Positions 44,145 through 53,127 of a stretch of DNA of 55,920 bases are shown piece by piece. The notes under the pieces are model-generated. The model searched no databases. It was not told the DNA's origin and worked only from the letters and a program-made list of their open reading frames with translations. How positions within the stretch are numbered: the first letter of the stretch is position 1; each line of letters opens with the position of its first letter. Both the position numbers and the translations under genes were made by a program. Source of the stretch: Acidimicrobiales bacterium (GTDB lineage: Bacteria; Actinomycetota; Acidimicrobiia; Acidimicrobiales; CADCSY01); NCBI GenBank assembly GCA_050742255.1, contig JBOGHU010000127.1:1-55920 (forward strand). Direction: 5' to 3'.

Positions 44145-45893
44145 GTGTCGGCTGACGCAGCCGCGTTCGACGCCATCGGGGTCACCAGCGCGGGCCACAC
44201 CCTGGTCCGGCGCCATCGCCTGGCCGGTGTCACCGGAGCGATCAAGGGCACCACGGCCGTGTTCCTGGTGGCGCTCGGTGCCTACCTGACCATCGCCGCG
44301 GTGCTGGTGTTCGTGCTCAACGTCTTCGCCGCCGACGCGCTGGCGCGGGTCGGCCTGGCGAGCAACGTCCTGTACAGCCGCAACGCCCGCCTCGAGTCGC
44401 TCGGCTTCGTCTGGGGGCCGATCCCCCAGGTCCTCATCGTCCCGCTGCTCGCCCTCAAGCCGCTGTGGCCGGCGCTGGCCGACCATGGCTTCGCCAGCAA
44501 CATCGTCTCCGCGCTGTTCATGGCGGGCGCCGTCGCCCAGGTGTACGCCTTCCTGGGCGACCTCGGGATCCGGCACCGGGTACGGGTGACCCTCACGGTG
44601 GTCTTCGCCATCCACCCCATGATCGTCTTCTACGGGTCCAACGGCATGTCCGAGGCCCCGTACCTCTTCTTCCTGGTCACCGCCGCTCGGCACCTGACGA
44701 GGTGGCTCCGGGACCACCAGGCGACAGAGCTCATGGCGGTGGGCATCGCCCTGGCCCTCGGGTACCTGGCCCGTTACGAGGCTGCTCCCTGTGCCGCCGT
44801 GGTCGCCGTCCTCGTGGCGGTGCTCAGCTTCCGTCACGCCGGCGGCGACCTCAGATCGCGGATCGCCACGGTCAGGGCCGACCTGGTGATCTTCGCCGCT
44901 CCCGTCGCCATGGCGGTGGTCGGGTTCGCGCTGATCAGCCTGGTGACGGTGGGCTCGCTCTCGGAGCAGCTCTTCTCCGAGTACGGCGCCACGGCCTTTC
45001 GGGCTCGCCTTGCCGCCGTCGGCATCTCGCCATCCATCCCGCTGCTCGTCCAGCAGGTGCTGGCGCTGGTGCCCCTGCTCCCGCTGATCGCTCTCGCTGC
45101 GCTGGCCAGCGGGGCGTTGCGCCGGGACGTGCGGGTGTTGGGCCCGCTCACGGTGCTGGGCATCGGCGTGGTGGTGTCGATCGGCGCCAGCCTCGTCAGC
45201 AATCCCTTCCAGCTCATGCGGTACTACATCGTGGCGGTCCCGCTCGGGGTGCTGCTGGCCGGCAACCTCATCAGCGGTCGTCCGGGGATGACCCTCGAGG
45301 GGAGCGACGACACCTCCACCGAGACGGAGGGGACGATCCGTCCTGGCCGTGCCCACCGAGTGCTACGAGTGGCGGCGTCCCCCCTCCTGGTCGTTCCCGT
45401 CCTGGTCGTTCCCGCCCTGGTGGCCTCCGGCGTGGCGATGAGCACGGCACCGCATGGAGTTCAGGAGCTCCACATCAAGGCGGCGATCGAGACCAAGCTC
45501 TTGGGTTCGACCGACGACTCCGTGGCCGCCTCGATGGTCGGCCGCCTTCACACCGAGCGGGAGGTGGCCGCCTTCCTCGACCGCCTCGACCTCCCTGAAG
45601 GCTCGGTGCTGGTCGACACCGGGGCCGGGTTCCCTGTCGTCATGGCCTCGAAGCGGCCCAAGCAGTTCGTGATCCCGTCCGACCTAGACTTCAAGGCGGC
45701 GCTGGCCGACCCGAGGGGCTTCGGGATCAGGTACATCCTCGCCTTCCAGGATCTGGGCCAGGGTCTGCACGACGCGGTGGCGGAGAGGTATCCGGACCTG
45801 TACGAGCGTGGGACCGGGTGGGCGACCTTGCTGGGGGACTTCGACAACCGAGGCGACTTCGGCGACGTGCGCATCTACCAGGTGGGCGGCTGA
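44145..45893 (+). CDS. GT-C fold membrane glycosyltransferase (ArnT/PMT-like) with C-terminal soluble domain
   Basis: GTG 44145. More than 10 TM helices, loop motifs of polyprenyl-phosphate-sugar-dependent transferases, roughly 130-aa extracytoplasmic tail. Family-level call only. Confidence 0.65.
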   Translation: MSADAAAFDAIGVTSAGHTLVRRHRLAGVTGAIKGTTAVFLVALGAYLTIAAVLVFVLNVFAADALARVGLASNVLYSRNARLESLGFVWGPIPQVLIVPLLALKPLWPALADHGFASNIVSALFMAGAVAQVYAFLGDLGIRHRVRVTLTVVFAIHPMIVFYGSNGMSEAPYLFFLVTAARHLTRWLRDHQATELMAVGIALALGYLARYEAAPCAAVVAVLVAVLSFRHAGGDLRSRIATVRADLVIFAAPVAMAVVGFALISLVTVGSLSEQLFSEYGATAFRARLAAVGISPSIPLLVQQVLALVPLLPLIALAALASGALRRDVRVLGPLTVLGIGVVVSIGASLVSNPFQLMRYYIVAVPLGVLLAGNLISGRPGMTLEGSDDTSTETEGTIRPGRAHRVLRVAASPLLVVPVLVVPALVASGVAMSTAPHGVQELHIKAAIETKLLGSTDDSVAASMVGRLHTEREVAAFLDRLDLPEGSVLVDTGAGFPVVMASKRPKQFVIPSDLDFKAALADPRGFGIRYILAFQDLGQGLHDAVAERYPDLYERGTGWATLLGDFDNRGDFGDVRIYQVGG

Positions 45894-45909
45894 GGTCCTG
45901 GGCAGCGTC

Positions 45910-46236
45910 TCACCTCTGGCTGCCGGGTGGAGCCGACCGGGTGACCACCTGGTATGACCACAGCTCGCTCGACATGGCCACCGGCGCCTGGCCCGAGGGG
46001 TGGGCCCGGTGCTGGTCGGCGAAGGCGGGCGAGCTCATCCACGCCTGGAAGGACTCCTCGTCCCGCCAGTGGGTGACCACCAGCCAGGTGGTGCGGTCGT
46101 CGTTGGGGCGAAGCAGCTCGAAGCCCTCGAAGCCCTCCTGGCGGTCGACCTCGCCGGCCCGGGCGGAGAAGCGCCGGGCCAGCTCGTCCCCGTGCTCGGC
46201 GTCGACGGTGATGGCGTTGATCTTGACCACGGACAT
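45910..46236 (-). CDS. antibiotic-biosynthesis-monooxygenase (ABM) domain protein (IsdG/MhuD-like)
   Basis: ATG 46236. MSVVKINAITVDAEHGDELARRFSARAGEVDRQEGFEGFELLRP...WLVVTHWRDEESFQAWMSS is a typical ABM ferredoxin-like fold. Confidence 0.85.
   Translation of the reverse strand: MSVVKINAITVDAEHGDELARRFSARAGEVDRQEGFEGFELLRPNDDRTTWLVVTHWRDEESFQAWMSSPAFADQHRAHPSGQAPVAMSSELWSYQVVTRSAPPGSQR
45932..46004. repeat. right copy of the 73-bp direct repeat (within the intact ABM gene; attR-like)
   Basis: See 23939..24011. Confidence 0.85.
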
Positions 46237-46273
46237 GGCGCCATGATGGCCCACGTCCGCCCGGCCCCGCCCG

Positions 46274-47047
46274 TCAGGGAGCGCGCTCCCACGCCAGCTG
46301 CCACTCCCCTCGGGCGTCCCGGCTGAGCCGGGCCGGCGCCGCCACCGGGGTCGAGGCCTCGCCCCGGGCGCTCTCCCAGCGCACCGCCCGGGCCCGGGGC
46401 GATGGCGAGGAGGCGGTCTCCGCGTCGATGTCGAGCACGAAGGCCCCGTCGACCACGGCCAGCCCTCGGGCCCACACCCCCAGCACCCACGCCACCCCCA
46501 GGGTGGCGGTGGCGCTGGCGCCGACCGTGTCCATCACGCCGGTGAGCATGGCGGGCCGGCCCGAGCGCTGGAGCTGGACCTCCACCGAGGAGATGCGCCG
46601 GCACCCCACCCGGTGGCGCCAGGTGGTCAGGTGGTGGCGGAGCGGGCCGGTGGCCCGCTTGCGGACCTGCTCCTCGATCAGGCGCTGGTGCTCCCCGAAG
46701 AAGGCCAGCCGGCGCCAGCTCCGCTCCCAGGTCAGGATCAGGCCCAGCTCGTGCACCGGGCCCAGTGGCCCCGGGGCCAGGAGGCGGTCGGGCCCGAGGC
46801 GGGCCGACATCGAGCGGAAGATCTCCGCCGACATGGCCCAGGAGTGGAGGTTCCGCCACAGCTGGAGCACCTGGAGGCACGGGCAGCGGGAGCCGCCGAG
46901 GGCCAGCACCGCCTCCTCGGCAGCCAGGTCGTGGTCCTCCAGCACCAGCTTGCCCCGGCGCCACGTGATCCGGTGGTCCTCGTCGTTGCAGCTGACCACG
47001 GCGGTGGCCGGGGCCACGAAGTCACACCACCGAGGGTGCCCCGACAC
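46274..47047 (-). CDS. conserved hypothetical protein
   Basis: GTG 47047. Protein-like composition. Tightly follows the VWA gene (12-nt gap). Confidence 0.6.
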   Translation of the reverse strand: MSGHPRWCDFVAPATAVVSCNDEDHRITWRRGKLVLEDHDLAAEEAVLALGGSRCPCLQVLQLWRNLHSWAMSAEIFRSMSARLGPDRLLAPGPLGPVHELGLILTWERSWRRLAFFGEHQRLIEEQVRKRATGPLRHHLTTWRHRVGCRRISSVEVQLQRSGRPAMLTGVMDTVGASATATLGVAWVLGVWARGLAVVDGAFVLDIDAETASSPSPRARAVRWESARGEASTPVAAPARLSRDARGEWQLAWERAP

Positions 47048-47059
47048 CGACCGGACCGC

Positions 47060-48283
47060 CTAGGCGGCGGCGTCGATGGGAACCACCCGGGCCCACCGGG
47101 GGGGAGCCCACACCTGCCTGCTCCGCCCGGGCCCCGAGTCGCCGATCAGGCCCACGATCACCCTCACGCCCTTGGGGCCCTCGGGTGGCCAGGGGGTGAG
47201 CCCGTCGGTGAGCACCACCACCACCGACGGCTTGGGGCGCAGCCGGGCGGCGGCGTCGATGCCCACGCCCATGTCGGTGCCCCCGCCCCCCACCAGCTCC
47301 ACCTGGCGGGCGCTCGAGACCCGCCGGGCGGTGTGGACGGCGGCGTCGGCAGCCAGCACCCGCACCCGGGTCCGGGCCAGCCCGATGCCCCGAAGCAGCC
47401 CCTCCACCTCGGTGAGAACCCGGGCCAGCTTCTCGTCGGACATGCTGCCCGAGGTGTCGCACACCACCGCCACCTCGGGGACGGGCTGCTCCAGGGCCGG
47501 CAGCACGACCCCGGGGCTGACCCCCGCCCGCCGGGACGGGCGCCGGTAGGTGTAGTCGACCCGCCCGGCCACGGTGCTGATCCCCTTGCGCATCTCGGCG
47601 GCCAGCACCGTGCGCCAGTCGACGGCGGGCTCCAGCAGGCCCTCGGCCCACCGCCGCCAGCTGTTGGGCACCCGGCCCAGTCCCTCCCGGGCGTGGCGGA
47701 GGACCTCGCTCGCCACCTGGCACTGGAGCAGGTGCCGTTCGCCGGGCGGCAGCCCGCCCCCCAGCTCGCCTGATGCCTCCCACTCCCGGGTGATGCTGTC
47801 GGCGCCGCTGCCGCAGTCGGGGGAGGGGTGACGGCGGTGGCTGTCCCGGTGGAAGTACTCCTCGGCCAGCCGGCCCTGCTCCCAGCCCATGGCGTGGGGC
47901 ATGACCGAGTCCTCCGGCAGTCGCAGGCCGGTGCCGATGAGGTCGTCGTTGATCTCGGCGTCGACGGCGAGCGCCCAGTCGGCGGCGGTGTCCGGCCCCA
48001 CCCCCTGGGCCCGCGCCCGGTCGGCGTGGTCCCGCACCAGGTGGCCGGTGTGGTGGACCAGCAGGCTCCCCAGCATCTCCACGCTCCACGCGTCCACCAC
48101 CGCGGGGTCGACGTAGAGGCGCCACGCCTCGTCGACCGACGCCCCGCCCAGCCCGGGCACGGCGACGGCGTTGGAGGCGAAGAGCGCCGAGGCCAGGTAG
48201 GGGTGGCGGGCCGCCGCCCACAGTCGGGCCGCGGCCAGCTTGTGGGTGTTCAGCCGGGTTTGCTCGCTCATCGGCATCGACAT
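47060..48283 (-). CDS. VWA-domain protein with N-terminal DUF2201-type putative metallopeptidase domain
   Basis: HHTGHLVRDH (HExxH-like region). C-terminal VWA with MIDAS-like VVCDTSGSMS and VVVVLTDG. The start is uncertain among several Met codons from 48271 to 48328. Confidence 0.75.
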   Translation of the reverse strand: MSMPMSEQTRLNTHKLAAARLWAAARHPYLASALFASNAVAVPGLGGASVDEAWRLYVDPAVVDAWSVEMLGSLLVHHTGHLVRDHADRARAQGVGPDTAADWALAVDAEINDDLIGTGLRLPEDSVMPHAMGWEQGRLAEEYFHRDSHRRHPSPDCGSGADSITREWEASGELGGGLPPGERHLLQCQVASEVLRHAREGLGRVPNSWRRWAEGLLEPAVDWRTVLAAEMRKGISTVAGRVDYTYRRPSRRAGVSPGVVLPALEQPVPEVAVVCDTSGSMSDEKLARVLTEVEGLLRGIGLARTRVRVLAADAAVHTARRVSSARQVELVGGGGTDMGVGIDAAARLRPKPSVVVVLTDGLTPWPPEGPKGVRVIVGLIGDSGPGRSRQVWAPPRWARVVPIDAAA

Positions 48284-48345
48284 CGGCTCCCCGGTCCACC
48301 TCCGGGCTCTGGGGTCACCGTGTGTCAACGCTACCGCCCGTCTCC

Positions 48346-48650
48346 GGGGCGGCGGTGGGGGCTAGCCCGCTTTCTGGTCATGGGGCGGCGGTGGGCGACG
48401 TCTGGCGACCGGAGAAGGGGGGCCCGGGGCAACCCGGGGGGGCCCGGGGCGCGGCCGGGCCAGGCGCCCACGGCGTGGAAGCCGCCGTCCACGTGGACGA
48501 TCTCGCCCGTGGTGGCGGGGAACGCCCGCTCTCTGGTCACGGGGCGGCGGTGGGCGACGTCTGGCGACCGGAGAAGGGGGCCCGGGGCGGCCAGGGGCTG
48601 TCCGGGGCGACCGGAGAAGGGGGGCCCGGGGCAGCCCGGGGCTGTCCGGG
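48346..48650. repeat. G-rich direct-repeat scar region
   Basis: Roughly 64-nt unit cccgctYtctggtcaYggggcggcggtgggcgacgtctggcgaccggagaagggg(g)gcccggggc at 48366..48430 and 48525..48588. Partial copies at 48346..48360 and 48607..48632. Confidence 0.75.
48460..48522 (-). pseudogene. 21-codon relic of an enoyl-ACP reductase (FabI/InhA-like) C-terminus
   Basis: Minus strand reads FPATTGEIVHVDGGFHAVGAW, bracketed by the two full repeat units. Confidence 0.5.
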
Positions 48651-48665
48651 ACGGCGGCCCTGGGG

Positions 48666-50366
48666 CTAGCGGGACGGCCAGCCTCGGGGCAGGGCGGTGG
48701 TGGCGGGGAACAGCAGGTCGACGAAGCGCTGGGCGGTGGGCTGGGGCTCGTGGTTGGCCAGGCCGGGCCGCTCGTTGGCCTCGATCACCACGTACTTCGG
48801 ACCCCTGACCGACGGCACCCGGAGGTCGAGGCCGGTCACGGGGACCTGGAGGACCTCGCTGGCGGTGACCGCGGCCTGGGCCAGGGCGGGGTGGAGGTCG
48901 GTGGTCACGTCGTGGATGGTCCCCCCGGTGTGGAGGTTGGCGGTCCGCCGCACCGGCAGGTGGACGCCCTCGGCCAGCACCTCGTCCAGCTCGTGGCCGG
49001 CCTCCTCCACGGTGGCGACGGTGGCCTCGTCGAGGGGGATGGTGGACTCCCCTCCCGTCGCCGCTGCCCGCCGCCGGCTCTGGGCCGTGACCAGCTCGGC
49101 GACGGTGTGGCGCCCGTCGCCCACCACGGCGGCGGGACGGCGCACCGCGGCGGCGACGACCTCGTGGCCGATGACCACGATGCGCAGGTCCTCGCCCCCG
49201 ACCCGCTCCTCGATGAGGACGTCGGGGCAGTGGGCCCGGGCCGCCTCCACCGCCCGCCCCAGGCCGTCCGGCTCGGTGATCCCCACCGCCACCCCCCGCC
49301 CCTGCTCGCCCCGCGCCGGCTTGACCACCACCTCTCCCACGTCGGCGAGGAAGGCGGCGTCGGATTCGGGCGTGGTGGCCGATCGACCCCGCGGCACGGC
49401 CAGGCCGGCGGCGGCCAGCAACCGGCGGGTGACCCGCTTGTCGTCGCACCAGCTCACCGCCACCCCCGAGGTCAGCTCCGAGAGTGACTCCCGGGTGACG
49501 ATCTTGCGGGCGCCGTGGCTGAGGCGGAGGTAGCCGCCATCGGCGTCGAGGACCTCCACGACGATGCCCCGGCGGCGGGCCTCGTCGGCGATGATCCGGG
49601 CGTAGGGGTTGAGGGCCTGGTGGTCGTCCCCGAGGGGGGCGGCGAAGAGCGGCTCGTTGATGGGGTTCTTGCGCTTCACGCAGAACACCGGCACCCGCGA
49701 GAACCCCAGCTTCTCGTAGAGGCGGATGGCGGGGACGTTGTCGTGCATGACCGAGATGTCGAGGAAGCGCCGCCCCCGACCGTGAAACTCCACCAGCAGG
49801 GAGGCCACGAGCGCCCCGCCCACGCCTGGCCGGGACGAGAGCGGGTCCACGGCCAGGCACCACAGGCTGGCGCCGCCCTCGGGGTCGCCGAACACCTCCA
49901 CGTGATCGATCCCCGTCACCGTGCCCACCACCGTCCCCCGGGTGGTGTCCTCGGCCACCAGGTAGCAGAAGCTCTGGCTGGCCTGGTTCGCCACCAGCAC
50001 CTGGGTCGGGGCGGTGACCATCCCCGCCTTGGTGTAGAGGCGGTTGACCGCCTCGGCGTCGCTGGGGTCCGCCAGGGGGCGGACGGTCACCCCCCGGGCC
50101 CTGGCCTCCCCCTCGGGCAGCTCGTCCTCGAGGCGGAGCCGGTAGGTGAAGGAGGGGTCGACGAAGAGCTCGTGGGGCGCCCGGCTCACCAGGACCTGGG
50201 GATCGGGGTGGTACAGGCAGACATCCCGCTGCCCCAGCTCCTCGCGGCACAGAGTCGCCACCAGGGCGTGGCTGTCGGCGAAGGTCTGCCCGAACAGCAG
50301 CCGGCCCCAGCCGCAGTCCAGGGTCACGTCGTGAGCCGGCTCGGGCCGGCGCGCCGCCTCGCTCAT
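48666..50366 (-). CDS. ngg: N-acetylglutaminylglutamine synthetase (GNAT acetyltransferase plus ATP-grasp ligase fusion)
   Basis: N-terminal GNAT (AIRLYEKLGF). C-terminal ATP-grasp resembling cyanophycin synthetase/RimK (DDKRVTRRLLAAAG, VVVKPARGEQGRGV, VIEANERPGL). Directly downstream of asnO. Confidence 0.8.
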   Translation of the reverse strand: MSEAARRPEPAHDVTLDCGWGRLLFGQTFADSHALVATLCREELGQRDVCLYHPDPQVLVSRAPHELFVDPSFTYRLRLEDELPEGEARARGVTVRPLADPSDAEAVNRLYTKAGMVTAPTQVLVANQASQSFCYLVAEDTTRGTVVGTVTGIDHVEVFGDPEGGASLWCLAVDPLSSRPGVGGALVASLLVEFHGRGRRFLDISVMHDNVPAIRLYEKLGFSRVPVFCVKRKNPINEPLFAAPLGDDHQALNPYARIIADEARRRGIVVEVLDADGGYLRLSHGARKIVTRESLSELTSGVAVSWCDDKRVTRRLLAAAGLAVPRGRSATTPESDAAFLADVGEVVVKPARGEQGRGVAVGITEPDGLGRAVEAARAHCPDVLIEERVGGEDLRIVVIGHEVVAAAVRRPAAVVGDGRHTVAELVTAQSRRRAAATGGESTIPLDEATVATVEEAGHELDEVLAEGVHLPVRRTANLHTGGTIHDVTTDLHPALAQAAVTASEVLQVPVTGLDLRVPSVRGPKYVVIEANERPGLANHEPQPTAQRFVDLLFPATTALPRGWPSR

Positions 50367-50382
50367 GCCGCCACCGGGACCG

Positions 50383-52176
50383 TCACGTGACCCCGTGGGC
50401 CTGCAGCCACAGCTCCAGCACGCCCAGCTGCCACGCCGTGTTGCCCCCCAAGGGGGTGAGCTCGGCGTTGGGGACCCGGAGCAGGGCCTCCACGGTATCG
50501 GGCTGGAACAGCCCCCGTTGCTTGGCCGCCGGCGCCCGCAGGGCGTCGGCCACCAGCTCCAGCGCCGGCCCCTCGAGGTGGGTCAGCGCCGGCACCGGGA
50601 AGTAGCCCTTGGGTCGGTCGATCACCTGGTGGGGGATGACCCGCCGGGCGGCCTCCTTGAGCACGCCCTTGCCCCCGCCGGCCAGCTTGAGCTCGGGTGG
50701 GCAGGCGGCGGCCAGCTCCACCAGCTCGTGGTCGAGGAACGGCACCCGGGCCTCCAGCCCCCACGCCATGGTCATGTTGTCGACTCGCTTCACCGGGTCG
50801 TCCACCAGCATGACACCGGTGTCGAGGCGCAGGGCCCGGTCGACAGCGGAGTCGGCGTGGGGTCGACCCAGGTGCTCGGCCACGAACGCCCGGCTGACAT
50901 CGGTGTCCACCCGCCACTCCGGGGCCACCACCTCGGCCATGGCCCGGTGGGGCCGGTCGAAGAAGGCGGCGGCGTAGGCGTCGACCGTGGCGCCGAGATC
51001 GGCACCGTCGACCTGGGCCAGGGGCGGGTACCAGTGGTAGCCGGCGAAGACCTCGTCGGCCCCCTGGCCCGACTGCACCACCCGGACGTGCCGGCTCACC
51101 TCCTGGGCCAGCAGGTAGAACGCCACGGCATCGTGGCTCGCCATGGGCTCGCTCATGGCCCCCACCGCCCCTTCCAGGGCGGGGAGGAGGCGGTCGGCGC
51201 CGATGCGGAGACGGTGGTGGTCGGTGGCGAAGGCCTGGGCCACCACGTCGCTGTAGCGGAACTCGTCACCGGCCCGCTCGCCCACCGGCTCGAAGCCGAT
51301 GCTGAAGGTGGTGAGGCCGGGCTGGCCGGCCTCGGCCAGCATGCCCACCACAAGGCTGGAGTCGAGGCCCCCCGACAGCAGCACCCCCACCGGCACGTCG
51401 GCCACCAGGCGACGGTCGACGGCGGTGCGCAGGGCGGTCAGCACCGCGTCCTGCCAGTCCCCCTCGCTCATCCCCCCGTCCTCGGGCCGGCGCTCGTGGT
51501 GGGGCTCCCAGTAGGTCGTCTGGCGACGGCGACCGTCCGGCTCGACCGCCAGCACCGTGGCCGGCGGGAGCTTGGCCACGCCGGCGAGGATGGTCCGGGG
51601 CGCCGGCACCACCGAGTGGAAGCTCAGGTAGTGGTGGAGGGCGATCCGGTCGACGGTGGTGTCGATGCCGCTCCCGGCCAGGAGGGCGGGCAGGGTGGAG
51701 GCGAACCGCAGGGCCCCGCCCACCTCGGCCAGGTACAGGGGCTTGATGCCGAGGCGGTCCCGCGCCAGCACCACCCGCCCGCTGTCCCGCTCGGCCAGGC
51801 ACAGGGCGAACATGCCCTGGAGGTGGTCGACGAACCCCAGGCCCCAGCGGTGGTAGGCCTTCAGCACCACCTCGGTGTCGCTGGTGGAGAACCAGCGGTA
51901 GCCCCGGGCACCCAGCTCTTCCCGGAGCTCCTGGTAGTTGTAGATGCAGCCGTTGAACGCCAAGGTGAGGCCCAGGTCGGGATCGACCATGGGTTGGGCG
52001 CCGCGCTCGGACAGGTCGATGACCTTGAGCCGGCGGTGGCCGAGGGCGACCCGCCCCTGGGCCCACAGGCCCCCCGTGTCGGGGCCCCGGGACTCCATGG
52101 TCCCCGTCATGGCGGCCACGGTCCCGACGTCGGCCGCCCGCCCGTCCAACCGGAGCTCGCCCGCGAACCCGCACAT
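50383..52176 (-). CDS. asnO: glutamine-hydrolysing asparagine-synthase-family amidotransferase (AsnO-like)
   Basis: ATG 52176 gives the MCGFAG N-terminal nucleophile Cys2. SGGLDSS PP-loop. Confidence 0.88.
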   Translation of the reverse strand: MCGFAGELRLDGRAADVGTVAAMTGTMESRGPDTGGLWAQGRVALGHRRLKVIDLSERGAQPMVDPDLGLTLAFNGCIYNYQELREELGARGYRWFSTSDTEVVLKAYHRWGLGFVDHLQGMFALCLAERDSGRVVLARDRLGIKPLYLAEVGGALRFASTLPALLAGSGIDTTVDRIALHHYLSFHSVVPAPRTILAGVAKLPPATVLAVEPDGRRRQTTYWEPHHERRPEDGGMSEGDWQDAVLTALRTAVDRRLVADVPVGVLLSGGLDSSLVVGMLAEAGQPGLTTFSIGFEPVGERAGDEFRYSDVVAQAFATDHHRLRIGADRLLPALEGAVGAMSEPMASHDAVAFYLLAQEVSRHVRVVQSGQGADEVFAGYHWYPPLAQVDGADLGATVDAYAAAFFDRPHRAMAEVVAPEWRVDTDVSRAFVAEHLGRPHADSAVDRALRLDTGVMLVDDPVKRVDNMTMAWGLEARVPFLDHELVELAAACPPELKLAGGGKGVLKEAARRVIPHQVIDRPKGYFPVPALTHLEGPALELVADALRAPAAKQRGLFQPDTVEALLRVPNAELTPLGGNTAWQLGVLELWLQAHGVT

Positions 52177-52223
52177 CCCCACCCGGCCTACCCCACCACG
52201 GCCCCCGGGCACAAGGCCCAGCC

Positions 52224-53096
52224 TCAGGGCGCCAGCAGGGCGCGGGCCACCAGGTCGGTGCCGAAGGCGGTGAGGATGGCCAGGTACAGCAGCCCGGTGG
52301 CGGCCATCACCGCCGAGTAGTAGCGCTCCCGCAGGGCGGCCCGGGTGACGCCGCACAGGGCGATGGTGGCCACCGCGCACGCCAGCCAGAACCAGCCCAG
52401 GAGCCCGCCGGAGCCGTCGTCGACCGATCCCGACAGCACCGAGACCATCCCCGTGGGCACCAGGAGCAGGCCCACCTCGACCGGCCACAGCACCGCCGCC
52501 CACCGCACCAGCTCCAGCAGCGGTCCCCGGGCCAGACCGGGCTGGACCAGGTACCAGTGGCCGAGGAGCATGGCGTCGCTCACCGCCCCGAGGAAGGCCG
52601 CCCCCACCAAGGTCCGCGCCACGGCCAGGGCCGCCGGCCCCCCGGCGTCCAACCCGGCGGCGACCAGCCCCAACCCGCCGAGGGCCGGGGCGACCAGGTC
52701 GAGGGCGGGGGGGAACTCGCGCCCGGAGGCCGGCTCCCCGACGCCCTCCCGCCCGCCGCCGCCCTCGGGCCCGGCGCCGGTCATGGCCGCCACCCGCGCC
52801 CTGCGGTGGTGGCGACCGGCCCGCTCACCCCCCACCCCGGCCCGGCGGCGGGCCACCGAGACGCCGAGGGCCACGCCCGCCGACGCCGCGACCCCCGCCG
52901 CCGCCAGGTCCCGCAGGGCGACGGGCCCGAAACGCCGGCCCACCACCACCGCCCCCAGGGCCATGCTCAGGTACACGCCCCGCAGCAGCCAGCCGTAGCC
53001 CACCCCCACCTGGCGCCGCCGGGTGGTGACCCAGCAGAACAGAAGCCCACCCGCGGCCCACTGGAGCAGGACGGTGGCGGCGTCGAGGCGGATCAC
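52224..53096 (-). CDS. hypothetical integral membrane protein
   Basis: GTG 53096. Six to eight hydrophobic segments with a central G/R-rich loop. No family recognised. Confidence 0.5.
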   Translation of the reverse strand: MIRLDAATVLLQWAAGGLLFCWVTTRRRQVGVGYGWLLRGVYLSMALGAVVVGRRFGPVALRDLAAAGVAASAGVALGVSVARRRAGVGGERAGRHHRRARVAAMTGAGPEGGGGREGVGEPASGREFPPALDLVAPALGGLGLVAAGLDAGGPAALAVARTLVGAAFLGAVSDAMLLGHWYLVQPGLARGPLLELVRWAAVLWPVEVGLLLVPTGMVSVLSGSVDDGSGGLLGWFWLACAVATIALCGVTRAALRERYYSAVMAATGLLYLAILTAFGTDLVARALLAP

Positions 53097-53127
53097 CGGC
53101 CCGACGGTACCGGCCGCCGGAACGGGC

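Larger units (their letters stand above)
24012..45931. mobile_element. putative integrated glycan-biosynthesis genomic island (no recombinase gene seen)
   Basis: Bounded by the 73-bp direct repeat. Content is entirely envelope-glycan genes. Has island-specific duplicated non-coding elements and locally AT-richer hexamers (gaattc, gataat). Confidence 0.5.

Noticed and set aside
24012-45931. Search for an integrase, excisionase, transposase or conjugation gene inside the island.
   Set aside because: Every substantial ORF is accounted for by glycan-biosynthesis functions. None shows tyrosine- or serine-recombinase or DDE motifs. The island is therefore reported as repeat-bounded, with no claim of autonomous mobility.
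48346-48650. Possible CRISPR array, considered because of repeated units of roughly 64 nt.
   Set aside because: There are only two full and two partial copies, of unequal length and spacing. They are G-rich and non-palindromic. One of the would-be spacers is a gene relic, and no cas genes are present in the window.
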